Positions 51,014 to 60,163 of a stretch of 64,000 nucleotides of DNA are shown here, in pieces. The translations under genes were made by a program, and so were the position numbers. Origin of the DNA: Trueperaceae bacterium (GTDB lineage Bacteria > Deinococcota > Deinococci > Deinococcales > Trueperaceae); the NCBI GenBank assembly GCA_965215565.1, contig CBDCDZ010000004.1:1-64000 (forward strand), read 5' to 3'. The notes under the pieces are model-generated. The model did no database searches and was not told the DNA's origin. It worked only from the letters and a program-made list of their open reading frames with translations. Positions within the stretch are counted from its first letter, which is position 1; each line of letters begins with the position of its first letter.

Positions 51014-51043
51014 AACGCGAGAGTTGCGCGCAACTCTCGCGTT
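51014..51043. repeat. Perfect 30-bp palindrome of the REP-like family
   Basis: aacgcgagagttgcgcgcaactctcgcgtt. Confidence 0.85.
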
Positions 51044-51220
51044 AGAGCTTATGCAAACTTCGGCCCGTAGTCATGCATAAGAATTTTGCGAATCCGAGGT
51101 AGGAAGCGATTAAAGAACTAGATACCTCACTGCAACTTATTCGATATAAACCGCCAATGATCGAAAGTGGAATTTATCCCATATCGTGAGCGGTCCCGAT
51201 CAAACAGGACTTAGTTTTCT

Positions 51221-52657
51221 CTAGCCCCTTAGAAGTTCTGCTAGATAGCGCGTCACGCCCAAGGCGAGGCTCGGAAAGATGCCAATGAGCAGGGTGCCTA
51301 AGACGCTCAGACTGAGCGAAATGACGTAGCTCGGTCGGTTGGGTAGACTCACCTTGACCTCGGGCTCTTTGAGGTACATCTCCACAACAGGCACAAGGTA
51401 GTAGTAGAGCGCTAGCGCGAAGTTTATTGCCGCGATGACAACGAGCCATACGAGCCCGTCCGAGAGCGTCGCTTCTAAAAGTAGCACCTTGCCCGCAAAA
51501 CCCGCTAGAGGTGGAACACCTGCGAGTGACAGCAACGATAGCGTGAGTGCAGCAGCGGCAAAGGGGGAGCGCTGCCCAAGCCCTCTCAGTCCATTGATGT
51601 GGTCGGTGCCGGTCAAGCGCTCTAACTGCGCCACCACCACGAACGCCCCCAAGTTCATAAAAAGGTACGCCGCTAAGTAGTAGCCCGTCGCGTCGAAGGC
51701 ACTCTCAACTCGCCCGGCAACGGCTACCGCCATCAGCACGTAGCCCGCTTGAGCGATGCTCGAGTACGCTAAGAGCTTCTTGAGCCGTGTCTGCCGCAAC
51801 GCTGCGAAATTCCCCAGGGTCATGGTTAGAGCCGCGAAAATAGCAACAGTGAGAGGCCACGCCGCCATACCATCTGGTAGAGCTAAGAGCAAAAAGCGCA
51901 GAAAGGCTGCGAATCCAGCGATCTTCGGTACGACGGAAAGAAAGCCCGCCACAGGCGCGGTCGTACCGCTGTACACATCAGGAGCCCAAAAGTGAAAAGG
52001 CACAATGGTGATTTCGAAGGCGTAGCCAATTAGGATCATGCCGAAGGCGACGGCAACCCAAAGCCTATCCGCACTACCTAAAGCCTGCCCAATAGTGCGC
52101 AGTTCCAAACTCCCCGTCAGCCCGTAGAGAAAGGTCAAGCCGTAGGCCATGACTGCCAATGCGACAGCGGCGTAGATGAAGTACTTGATGGTCGCCTCGT
52201 TCGTGCGGCGGTCTTTGCGGATGAGCGTCACAAGGATGTAGGACGCTAAGCTAAGCATCTGGAAGAAGAGGACGATGAGCCCCAGGTCGAGAGCTGAGCT
52301 AACCAGCATCGCTCCCAGGGTCGAGAAGAGCAGCGCAATGGCGGCGTGCCCCTCTTTGCCCGTATCGCGAAAATGTCCGTTGATGGCTAAAAGCGATAGG
52401 AACGAACCTAGTAAGATGAGCAACTTGAAAACGTTGCCGAAGCCGTCAAGTGCGTAGGTTTCACAGAAGACCGTCTGAGATTCCCAGGGAAGCATCCGCA
52501 CCGTAAACGCCATGGCTATTAAAAGCCCAAACGCCGCCACCCATACCGGGAGTTGCTGCCAACGTCCCTTTGCTAAGCCGGCGACGGGCACGAGCACCAA
52601 GCCTAACCCCGCTACGATAAGCTCGGGGATAATCGCCCACAGTTGAACGCAGCTCAC
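51221..52657 (-). CDS. nuoN: NuoN-like antiporter subunit (atypical)
   Basis: EATIKYF, VPFHFWAPDVYSG, KKLLAYSSIAQAGY, SLAGVPPLAGFAGK. Confidence 0.88.
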   Translation of the reverse strand: MSCVQLWAIIPELIVAGLGLVLVPVAGLAKGRWQQLPVWVAAFGLLIAMAFTVRMLPWESQTVFCETYALDGFGNVFKLLILLGSFLSLLAINGHFRDTGKEGHAAIALLFSTLGAMLVSSALDLGLIVLFFQMLSLASYILVTLIRKDRRTNEATIKYFIYAAVALAVMAYGLTFLYGLTGSLELRTIGQALGSADRLWVAVAFGMILIGYAFEITIVPFHFWAPDVYSGTTAPVAGFLSVVPKIAGFAAFLRFLLLALPDGMAAWPLTVAIFAALTMTLGNFAALRQTRLKKLLAYSSIAQAGYVLMAVAVAGRVESAFDATGYYLAAYLFMNLGAFVVVAQLERLTGTDHINGLRGLGQRSPFAAAALTLSLLSLAGVPPLAGFAGKVLLLEATLSDGLVWLVVIAAINFALALYYYLVPVVEMYLKEPEVKVSLPNRPSYVISLSLSVLGTLLIGIFPSLALGVTRYLAELLRG

Positions 52658-52658
52658 G

Positions 52659-54149
52659 CTAATCGCCCAGTTGCGCTAGGAACGCCGTCGCCCGCTCGAT
52701 GACGGCGAGAAACGGTCCCGGCACGATGCCGATGGCGAGCGAGAGGGCGGCTAAGGGGATGATGGAACTCGCCTCGAGCGGCTCCAACTCCCCCACCTCC
52801 GGCATATCTTCAGGCGGCTGTCCCATCAGCAAGAGGTTTAAGACCTTCAAATAGAGCCCCGTTGTGACGATGAGCCCAAACAAGGCGAGCACCGCCAACC
52901 ACGGGCTCACCGCGAGCGTCGCGCCTAAAACTTGAAACTCCGCGACGAAGCCTGACAGAGCAGGCAACCCGAGCGAGCCGAACGCCAAGAGCCCCAACAG
53001 TCCGCTGTAAAGAGGTGCACGTCCTAAGAGCCCGCCGAACCGCGCCATCTCCCGCGTGCCGGTGTGATGCTGGAGTACGCCCGCGAGAAAGAACATCCCG
53101 CCCGTCAAGAGCCCGTGGCTGACCATCTGCAAGACCGCACCATTGAGGGCGAGTTGCTTCACGCCTGTGTCAGAAGAGAGCCCCCATACCGCTACACCTA
53201 ACATCACGTAGCCCATGTGATTGACCGACGTATAGGCGATGAGCCGCTTGAGGTCGCGCTGCGGCAAAGCGGCGAGCGCACCGTAGACGAGTGACACGAG
53301 CGCCAAGACCATCAAGAGCCAAGCGTACTCTTGCACTACTCCCGGCAGCGTCGGGATGAGCACACGCAAGAGACCATACGCGCCCATCTTGAGCTGAATC
53401 CCGGCTAGCATCACGCTCCCCTCGGTAGGCGCTTCGACGTGGGCGTCAGGGAGCCAGTTGTGTAGAGGCACGGTGGGTAGCTTGACGCCGAAACCGAGGA
53501 GCAACCCTAAGAGCACCCAGAAGCCCGCCGCCTGCCCTACAAAAGGTTGCGCGGCTGTAATCGCTGATAGCGAAAAGCTGCGCGTCCCTACCGAATCGCC
53601 CGTCGCGAGGTAGAGCGCCAAGAAGCTCAGCAACATCGCCAAACTGCCTGCACGGGTATAGAGAAAGAACTTCAAGGCGGCGTAGCGGCGGTTCTCGCCG
53701 CCCCAGATGCCGACGATAAAGTACATCGGCACGAGCCCGACCTCGAAGAAGAGGTAGAAGAGCAGGAGGTCTTGCGCAGCGAAGAGTCCTAAAAGACCCG
53801 TCGCCATCAGCAAAAACAAGAAGGCGTGCTCTTTCGCCCGTTCGCGTTTGGGGAGGACGTAGAGCATCGAGAGGCTGAGTAAAAGTGCGGTCAGGACGAT
53901 GAGGGGCAGTGAAAGCCCGTCCACCGCCACGTCGTAGCTCGAGCCAATACTAGGAATCCAATCCGCGACGGTGCGCCACTGCAAGCGTGAACCTGTCGGA
54001 TCATAGCCGCCCCATAAAATGAGCGTAAAGAGCAGCGTGAGAAGCGAGCCTGCGAGGGCAGCGTAACGGATGAGCTTGGCTTGCGCGTTCGGTATAACCA
54101 GCAGGGCGAGCCCCACGGCAAGCGGTAAAAAGATCGTAATACTTAACAT
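52659..54149 (-). CDS. nuoM: NuoM-like antiporter subunit
   Basis: FFEVGLVPMY, KLPTVPLHNWLPDAHVEAPT, LKMG.YG, SHGL, GFVAEF. Confidence 0.92.
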   Translation of the reverse strand: MLSITIFLPLAVGLALLVIPNAQAKLIRYAALAGSLLTLLFTLILWGGYDPTGSRLQWRTVADWIPSIGSSYDVAVDGLSLPLIVLTALLLSLSMLYVLPKRERAKEHAFLFLLMATGLLGLFAAQDLLLFYLFFEVGLVPMYFIVGIWGGENRRYAALKFFLYTRAGSLAMLLSFLALYLATGDSVGTRSFSLSAITAAQPFVGQAAGFWVLLGLLLGFGVKLPTVPLHNWLPDAHVEAPTEGSVMLAGIQLKMGAYGLLRVLIPTLPGVVQEYAWLLMVLALVSLVYGALAALPQRDLKRLIAYTSVNHMGYVMLGVAVWGLSSDTGVKQLALNGAVLQMVSHGLLTGGMFFLAGVLQHHTGTREMARFGGLLGRAPLYSGLLGLLAFGSLGLPALSGFVAEFQVLGATLAVSPWLAVLALFGLIVTTGLYLKVLNLLLMGQPPEDMPEVGELEPLEASSIIPLAALSLAIGIVPGPFLAVIERATAFLAQLGD

Positions 54150-54168
54150 AGAACTCCTAACACAGCGT

Positions 54169-56112
54169 TCAGAACCATAAAAGCGCCCCGGCGAGGATGA
54201 CTGCGCCTGTCCAGATAAAGAGGATCAAGGTGTAAATGTAGAGCTTGCCACTCTGCGCCGCGCGTAAGTACTCGCTCGAGCGCCCTAACAGGCGGGCGAA
54301 GGCGTCGCCCCCTCTTGAGAAACCGACACGTTCCGCTTGGTCGGTGCGGTTGGCTAAGTTGAGTGTTAGTGTCGCCCCTGCCCGAGCGCTCTTGTCGAAG
54401 ATTGTCTCGAGCCCGTCCAACGCTCGCCCGCTACGTTGAGCCGTATCAGCAAGGTGGCGTACAGCAATGTCGAACCCCTGCTCGGCAGCATCAACCGCTG
54501 AAGCGATTCGCTCAGCAGCGAGAGCGGGAGCCCGCGTCACCCGCTCTAATCCTTCTGCGAGCGAAACAGGACCCGTCCCAAAGGTCGGCACGGGTCCAGC
54601 CTGCCATACGCGCCACGCGCCTAGCATCAACCCCGCGAAGCTCGCCGCAACCGCCCAAAGCGTCCAAGCGGCGGACACGTGCGGCGCACCTTCAAAGGGC
54701 AAAAAGGCTTCTAACCGCCCCGAAAGCGCCCATCCCAGTCCAAGCGCAAAAAGTGCCGTCGTGAGCATCCCTGCCTTCATGCGCCAGCCGACCTCTTCCG
54801 CAGTAACCTCATAGGTGTCCTGAGTCGTATCCCGCCACGCCGCAAACGACGCCATCCCCGCGCGGCTGATGTAGACGCCCGCTAGAAAGATGAGGAACAC
54901 GAGCAGTGCGCCGAGGAAGGGGCTAGCAGAAGCAGCTTGAGCTAAAATTGCCTCTTCACTCCAAAAAGCTGAAAAGGGGGGTAAACCCGCCAGCGTGAGC
55001 GCCGCCGCGCCGAACGCGAAGGTCGTATAGGGCAACTGCCGAAACAAGCCGCCCATCTTGCGTAAGTCGTAGCTGCCGACCGCGTGCCCTACCGCGCCTG
55101 CTGCCAGAAAGAGTGTCGCCTTAAATGCCGCGTGCGTGGTGAGGTGAAAGGCTGCGGCGGTTGCGCCGCTCACGCCCAGCGCCAGCATCATCTCACCGAG
55201 TTGCGAGACCGTAGACCACGCCAAAACGCGCTTGAGGTCGGTCTCAGTGGTGGCGATAAGGGCGGCGATGAGGGCGGTGAGCACCCCTACTATTAGGATG
55301 ACGGTGAGTGCCCCCGGCGCAGCCTCGAAAAGCGGGAAGAGCCGGAGCAAGAGGTACACGCCCGCTGCAACCATCGTCGCAGAGTGAATGAGCGCCGAGA
55401 CGGGCGTCGGTCCCGCCATTGCGTCAGGGAGCCAGGCGGTAAGGGGAAGTTGGGCGCTTTTACCGAGTGCGCCTAGCAGCAAGAGGAGGGCGGTAGCGGT
55501 TAAAAAGCTGTCGGGAAGGGTCCCCACCGCACCTAGAATCGCGCCGATGTCGGTGGTGCCTAGCTCGAGCAATAGCCACAACCACCCGAGCAAGAGCCCC
55601 AAGTCTCCTATCCGCGTCATCAAAAACGCCTTACGCGCCGCCTTGCGGGAGTCCTCTTTGCTGTACCAAAAGCCGATGAGCCCATACGACGCCAGCCCGA
55701 CCCCCTCCCACGCGGCGAAGAGCAGCACAAGCGAACCGCTCAGCACGAGCGTCAGCATCGTGCCGACGAAAAAGGATAAGAGGGCAAAGAAGCGAGGTTT
55801 GCTCTTCTCTTCAGCCATATAGCCCACCACGTACACGCCAACGAGAAAACTCACGCTCGAGACCACGAGCGCCAAGAGGTATGAGAGCGGGTCTAGGGTT
55901 AAACCGGCGGTGAGGGTGAAGGAGCCGGTCTCGAGCCATGTACCACTCACGCTCAACCTTTGTCCAGTCAAAATGAGGATGAGTAGAAGGCTCAAGCCAC
56001 TTGCACCCGCGCTTAGCCACGCACCTTTCGTGGGGAGCTTAGAGCCGAAGAACAGGATGACGAACGCTGCAAAGAGAGGTGCAAACGGCACGGCAAAGAG
56101 AAGCACGCTCAT
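54169..56112 (-). CDS. nuoL: NuoL-like antiporter subunit
   Basis: WEGVG, GKSAQLPL..WLPDAMAGPTPVSALIHSATMV, HAAFKA, QSG...Y; start MSVLLF overlaps the nuoK stop (ATGA). Confidence 0.92.
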   Translation of the reverse strand: MSVLLFAVPFAPLFAAFVILFFGSKLPTKGAWLSAGASGLSLLLILILTGQRLSVSGTWLETGSFTLTAGLTLDPLSYLLALVVSSVSFLVGVYVVGYMAEEKSKPRFFALLSFFVGTMLTLVLSGSLVLLFAAWEGVGLASYGLIGFWYSKEDSRKAARKAFLMTRIGDLGLLLGWLWLLLELGTTDIGAILGAVGTLPDSFLTATALLLLLGALGKSAQLPLTAWLPDAMAGPTPVSALIHSATMVAAGVYLLLRLFPLFEAAPGALTVILIVGVLTALIAALIATTETDLKRVLAWSTVSQLGEMMLALGVSGATAAAFHLTTHAAFKATLFLAAGAVGHAVGSYDLRKMGGLFRQLPYTTFAFGAAALTLAGLPPFSAFWSEEAILAQAASASPFLGALLVFLIFLAGVYISRAGMASFAAWRDTTQDTYEVTAEEVGWRMKAGMLTTALFALGLGWALSGRLEAFLPFEGAPHVSAAWTLWAVAASFAGLMLGAWRVWQAGPVPTFGTGPVSLAEGLERVTRAPALAAERIASAVDAAEQGFDIAVRHLADTAQRSGRALDGLETIFDKSARAGATLTLNLANRTDQAERVGFSRGGDAFARLLGRSSEYLRAAQSGKLYIYTLILFIWTGAVILAGALLWF

Positions 56113-56420
56113 CCTTTCAGCTCCGTGAACTGGTCCACTTGCTGCGTACCCTGGTTGCGGTAGAGCAGCATCATGATGGCGAGTCCGATTGCCATCTCGA
56201 CCGCGCCCAGCGTCACGATGATGATGAGGAAAATTTGCGCCGAGTAGTCGCCGGGCTGCACGAAGCGCCAAAACGCGACGATGTTGAGCCCGATGGCGTT
56301 AAGCAAAACTTCGATGCCCATGAGGATCATCACCGCCGAGCGTTGCGCGACGACGGCGTAGATGCCGATGCCGAAGAGGATGGCGGCGACAACTAAAAAG
56401 GCGCTGAGGGGGATGATCAT
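56109..56420 (-). CDS. nuoK: NuoK
   Basis: LMGIEVLLNA, AVEMAIGLAI, ends LKG. Confidence 0.92.
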   Translation of the reverse strand: MIIPLSAFLVVAAILFGIGIYAVVAQRSAVMILMGIEVLLNAIGLNIVAFWRFVQPGDYSAQIFLIIIVTLGAVEMAIGLAIMMLLYRNQGTQQVDQFTELKG

Positions 56421-57307
56421 TCGGAGACCTCTTTACTCGAGCTTTCTGCTCCCATCAAAGGGACTAACCTGTCATCCTCAAGCTCCGTAGGGTTTTCATC
56501 CAGCCCCACATACGCCTCGCGGTTTTTAGGTGAGGGGTGGCAGTCAGGTCGGGCGATATAAACCGCGCCGAAGATGCCCACTAGAATAAGCAACCCTGCC
56601 CCTTCGAACGCCATCATGTACTTACCCATCAATAAGCTACCGATTTCGCGTGCCGAGTCGGGGTTGGGCGTCGCATCTACAACAGGCCAAGCGGGGCGGA
56701 AAAGGAGAAGTCCGACGAGCAACACTGACACCGCGATGCCCAATGCGGCGGCGTAAGGACGCACCGGCGTGACCATCGACATATCCATATCCCCGTGGTC
56801 CATGTCGCCGTGATCCATCTCGCTATGGTCCATCTCCCCGTCGTCCATATCATTGTGCGCATCTTCGTTTTCACTATCACTACCACTACTTTCGGCATGA
56901 CTCATCTCATGATGTTGATGTTCATCTTGTTCCTGGTCTTCACCGAGCGACTTCACCTCCTCTGCTTGGACCTCTTCTTTATCTTTAGGCAGTAACCCCA
57001 AACTGAAGAACTTCTCAACAAGAGGCAAATCCATCCCCGCCATCATGTCCCCGCCGGGGTCGTGCGAGAAGAGCGCCATGAAGAGGATCATCACCAGCAT
57101 CCCGCCGATGTACATCATCACTTGGAGGAGCCCTAAGAGGTCCGCCGATAAGAGGATGAAGAGCCCCGACACGCCGATAAAGGAGCCCATCAGGAAGATG
57201 CCACTCCTATACATGCTCATCGTCGTCGCCATGCCGAGTGCACCCAGAATCGCGATGAGCGACAACAGGGTGAAGGCTAAAATCTGTGCAAGAGGTCCTA
57301 AAATCAT
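56417..57307 (-). CDS. nuoJ: NuoJ-like subunit with a long acidic His/Met-rich insertion
   Basis: LSADLLGLLQVMMYIGGMLVMILF, IG..L...Y...FE..G..LV...GAV; insert EHQHHEMSH...MDHSEMDHGDMDHGDMDMSM. Confidence 0.85.
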   Translation of the reverse strand: MILGPLAQILAFTLLSLIAILGALGMATTMSMYRSGIFLMGSFIGVSGLFILLSADLLGLLQVMMYIGGMLVMILFMALFSHDPGGDMMAGMDLPLVEKFFSLGLLPKDKEEVQAEEVKSLGEDQEQDEHQHHEMSHAESSGSDSENEDAHNDMDDGEMDHSEMDHGDMDHGDMDMSMVTPVRPYAAALGIAVSVLLVGLLLFRPAWPVVDATPNPDSAREIGSLLMGKYMMAFEGAGLLILVGIFGAVYIARPDCHPSPKNREAYVGLDENPTELEDDRLVPLMGAESSSKEVSE

Positions 57308-57320
57308 GCTTTCGTCTCCA

Positions 57321-58220
57321 TCATTGCCCTACCCCTAAAAGAATGAGCGCCCCGACGATGAGCACGTTGACCAAGCCGACGGGCGTCAGAATGCGCCAGG
57401 AGAGCTTGAGCATCTGCGCGGTAGAAAGAGGTTGCACACGCCGCCCGAGCCAGAGCATGAACGCCATCAGGCCAAACGTTTTGAGGAGCATCCACACAGG
57501 TGCGGGGAGCCACGGTCCGTGCCAGCCGCCCAGGTAGAGCACCGCGCCCATCGCCGCGACGACGAAGAGCAGCCCCGCCAAAGAGAGCCGCCATATAAAC
57601 GCCTGCCAGCCGCCGACGACGCCTAAGACGCCGTAGTTAAGGTGGCTCGAGAACGGCTCTAAAAAGGGCGCACGGTACGCCTGCATGAGCCCTGTGATGA
57701 CGTAGAGCGCAAAGCCGATAGGCTGCACGACGATGTACCAGATACCTGCTTGATTTTCCACGATAGTGTTCAGCGAGAGCGACCGCGCCATCATGATCGC
57801 GCCCACATACGCGAGCCCGAGCGGGATGACGTAGGAAACGAGCTGCGCGGTGATGCGGTAGTACACGTCCACCGCGTCCCGCACGTTCGCGCCCCAGCCT
57901 GCGATGGCGACACCCAGCACGACGAAGTCCACCACGACGATGAAGTAGAACGCACCGACGCCTATATCCTCCGCGACGAGGTTCGGACCGAACGGGATGA
58001 TGATCGCGGCGGCAGCGACGCCGAACAGCGCCGAGACTGCGCCCGCCGGGTAAAGCCAGCGGTCTTCGCGTAAGAGTTTGATGTCTCTCTCAGCCGGGGG
58101 CGCAGCAGCAGGACCGACCTCTTGCGCGGGGCGGAGCATGACGCGCTCCAAGACCATCGTAAGGACTGCGCCGATAGCGAGGACGCTGAAGGTGAAGAGC
58201 GTGCCCGTCAGTACGCCCAT
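57321..58220 (-). CDS. nuoH: NuoH-like subunit (divergent)
   Basis: LER, AGWGAN, AQLVSY, IVENQ, RAPF, YLGGW, LSWRILTP; located between nuoA and nuoJ. Confidence 0.8.
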   Translation of the reverse strand: MGVLTGTLFTFSVLAIGAVLTMVLERVMLRPAQEVGPAAAPPAERDIKLLREDRWLYPAGAVSALFGVAAAAIIIPFGPNLVAEDIGVGAFYFIVVVDFVVLGVAIAGWGANVRDAVDVYYRITAQLVSYVIPLGLAYVGAIMMARSLSLNTIVENQAGIWYIVVQPIGFALYVITGLMQAYRAPFLEPFSSHLNYGVLGVVGGWQAFIWRLSLAGLLFVVAAMGAVLYLGGWHGPWLPAPVWMLLKTFGLMAFMLWLGRRVQPLSTAQMLKLSWRILTPVGLVNVLIVGALILLGVGQ

Positions 58221-58239
58221 GATTCTACTTCCACAGTAG

Positions 58240-58557
58240 CTACTCCCACTCGAGCCCCCCCATCCCCCAAGCGTAGGCAATGCCAGCTGAGAGAATCGCG
58301 ATAAAGACGAACATGTCCAAAAATGCCGTTAAGCCTTCCTCGGCAAAGACTACCGCCCAGGGATACATGAAGATCATCTCCATATCGAAGGACAGAAAGA
58401 TGAGCGCGTAGATGACGTAGCCGAAGCGGTACGACCCCCACGCGCTAGGCGCTTTAATCAAAGTTGCTTTAGGTCGCCAATAGGCTGCACCTAGAAGTGC
58501 CAAACCAACCACGACCAGTGCGACCAAGCCGACCACGGCGTAACTGCTTAGAATCAT
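58240..58557 (-). CDS. nuoA: NuoA-like subunit (short loop)
   Basis: YALIFLSFDMEMIFMYPWAV, YAW..GGLEW. Confidence 0.85.
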   Translation of the reverse strand: MILSSYAVVGLVALVVVGLALLGAAYWRPKATLIKAPSAWGSYRFGYVIYALIFLSFDMEMIFMYPWAVVFAEEGLTAFLDMFVFIAILSAGIAYAWGMGGLEWE

Positions 58558-58603
58558 CTGAATCCCCTCGAGTCTCAGAACGCGATAAGTACACCTATAT
58601 TTC

Positions 58604-58661
58604 CCACCCCAGGTGGGGTGGAACCCGCTTCGTTATACCGATTAGGATTTCCGCACGTCAA
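58604..58661 (-). promoter_or_regulatory. Putative nuoA promoter with downstream C/G-tract palindrome
   Basis: Minus TTGACG (58656-58661), 18 nt, TATAAC (58632-58637); palindrome ccacccca-gg-tggggtgg (58604-58621). Confidence 0.5.
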
Positions 58662-58716
58662 GTGTCGTAGCTTGCAGTTTTCGTGGCTCGAGCCCCTCAT
58701 ACGTGTGGACTCGACC

Positions 58717-58956
58717 TCACTGCAAATCGCGCCTCAAGGACTCGTACTGCTCCTTGTCTATTTCGCCCTTGGCGTAGCGGCGCTTGGCGACCTCGAGCGC
58801 GTCTATTTGCTCGACGCTTCCCCCATGACTCTGCGGAAACATTAGCCTGACGAGCCACACCACTAAAAGGGCGACCAGAACGAGGAATACGAGCGACCCG
58901 AGCCACCCGAAGCCCATCCAGCCATCCATCATGCCTGTGCCGTTCATCATGTTCAT
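58717..58956 (-). CDS. SHOCT domain membrane protein with Met/Gly-rich N-terminus
   Basis: MNMMNGTGMMDGWMG, one TM, ALEVAKRRYAKGEIDKEQYE. Confidence 0.85.
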   Translation of the reverse strand: MNMMNGTGMMDGWMGFGWLGSLVFLVLVALLVVWLVRLMFPQSHGGSVEQIDALEVAKRRYAKGEIDKEQYESLRRDLQ

Positions 58957-59011
58957 ACCGAACCTCCTTTACGACGTAAAGTACAGGGTCAATGTTCAGC
59001 TTGAATAAAGC

Positions 59012-60163
59012 TCAAGCGTCGCGGGTGGGCAACGTGAACCAGAAGCAGCTTCCCTCACCTGGGGTGCTCTCCGCCCCGATGCGCCCCCCTTGCCGCTGTA
59101 CGTAATGCTTAGCAATCGTCAAGCCGATGCCGCTATTGCTGCCGCCACGTGCTTTATCGGCGCGGTAGAACCGGGTAAAGAGGTGCGGCAAATCTTGCGC
59201 AGCAATACCCTCGCCCGTGTCTGTCACCTTAAAACACACCCCTTTATGCTCCAACGTCGCGCTGAGGCGCACCTCACCCCCGGATGGCGTGTGGCGCAAG
59301 GCGTTGTCGATGAGGTTCGCCAGCACTTGAGCGCTACGTGTCGGGTCGGCACGTACCGTGAGCGCGTCGGGGACATTTTGCGTCGTCAACGTCACCCCCT
59401 TCTGGTCAAACTGCGGGCGAAAGGCGGCTCTCTGTTGCTCGAGGAGACTTCCAACTTGAACCTCGTGCACATTCAACTCGTCCTGTCCACTTTCGACTTT
59501 AGAGAGTAGGGAAATATCCCCGACTAGCCGTTCTAAACGGTTCACCTGTTTCTGGCAGGCGGCTAAGGTCTCAGCGTCCGCTTCGAAGAGCCCGTCCTCC
59601 AAACCTTCCAAGTAGCCGTGCAAGCTGCTCAGTGGCGTCTTGAACTCGTGCGCGACGTTGTTGAGGAGTTCGACGCGGCGCTGCTCGGTCTGTTCCAAGG
59701 AGCCCGCCATCTCGTTGAACGCGCCCGCTAGCGCCCCGATTTCACCCGGATAGTTCGTGCTGAGCCGCTCGTGATACCGCCCCGAGGCGACGCGGCTACT
59801 GGCAGTTTTCATCTTGCGTAGAGGCGAGACGATGAACCAAGTGACGATGAGGCTGACCACGCCCGCGATGATGACCGAGCCGATGATGCCCCAGCGCATC
59901 GCCTGTTCAGCGGCTTCGCGGTAGGAGCGGCGCAAATCGGTCTCCATCGCCACAATTTCAGGGCGTGAGGTGTCGGTCAGCGTGCCGAGTTGCGCCATCA
60001 TGGTCTCGATGTGTTGCTCGAACAAAAGCGGCGCGAACGCCTCGCTCGCCAAGAAAAAGGTCAGGCAGCAAGTCGCGACGACCAAGAGGTAGGAGATGAG
60101 CAATCGCCCGTAGAGGTCGAGGTCGCGCCACTTCAAGCCCCTTATGAAACTAGGTCCTCTCAC
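59012..60163 (-). CDS. HAMP sensor histidine kinase
   Basis: Two TMs, HAMP, AHEFKTP, NLIDNALRH, DTGEG, FYR, GIGL. Confidence 0.95.
   Translation of the reverse strand: MRGPSFIRGLKWRDLDLYGRLLISYLLVVATCCLTFFLASEAFAPLLFEQHIETMMAQLGTLTDTSRPEIVAMETDLRRSYREAAEQAMRWGIIGSVIIAGVVSLIVTWFIVSPLRKMKTASSRVASGRYHERLSTNYPGEIGALAGAFNEMAGSLEQTEQRRVELLNNVAHEFKTPLSSLHGYLEGLEDGLFEADAETLAACQKQVNRLERLVGDISLLSKVESGQDELNVHEVQVGSLLEQQRAAFRPQFDQKGVTLTTQNVPDALTVRADPTRSAQVLANLIDNALRHTPSGGEVRLSATLEHKGVCFKVTDTGEGIAAQDLPHLFTRFYRADKARGGSNSGIGLTIAKHYVQRQGGRIGAESTPGEGSCFWFTLPTRDA

Noticed and set aside
56113..56271. N-terminal extension of NuoL
   Set aside because: It overlaps nuoK in another frame; the ATGA-coupled start at 56112 is more plausible.
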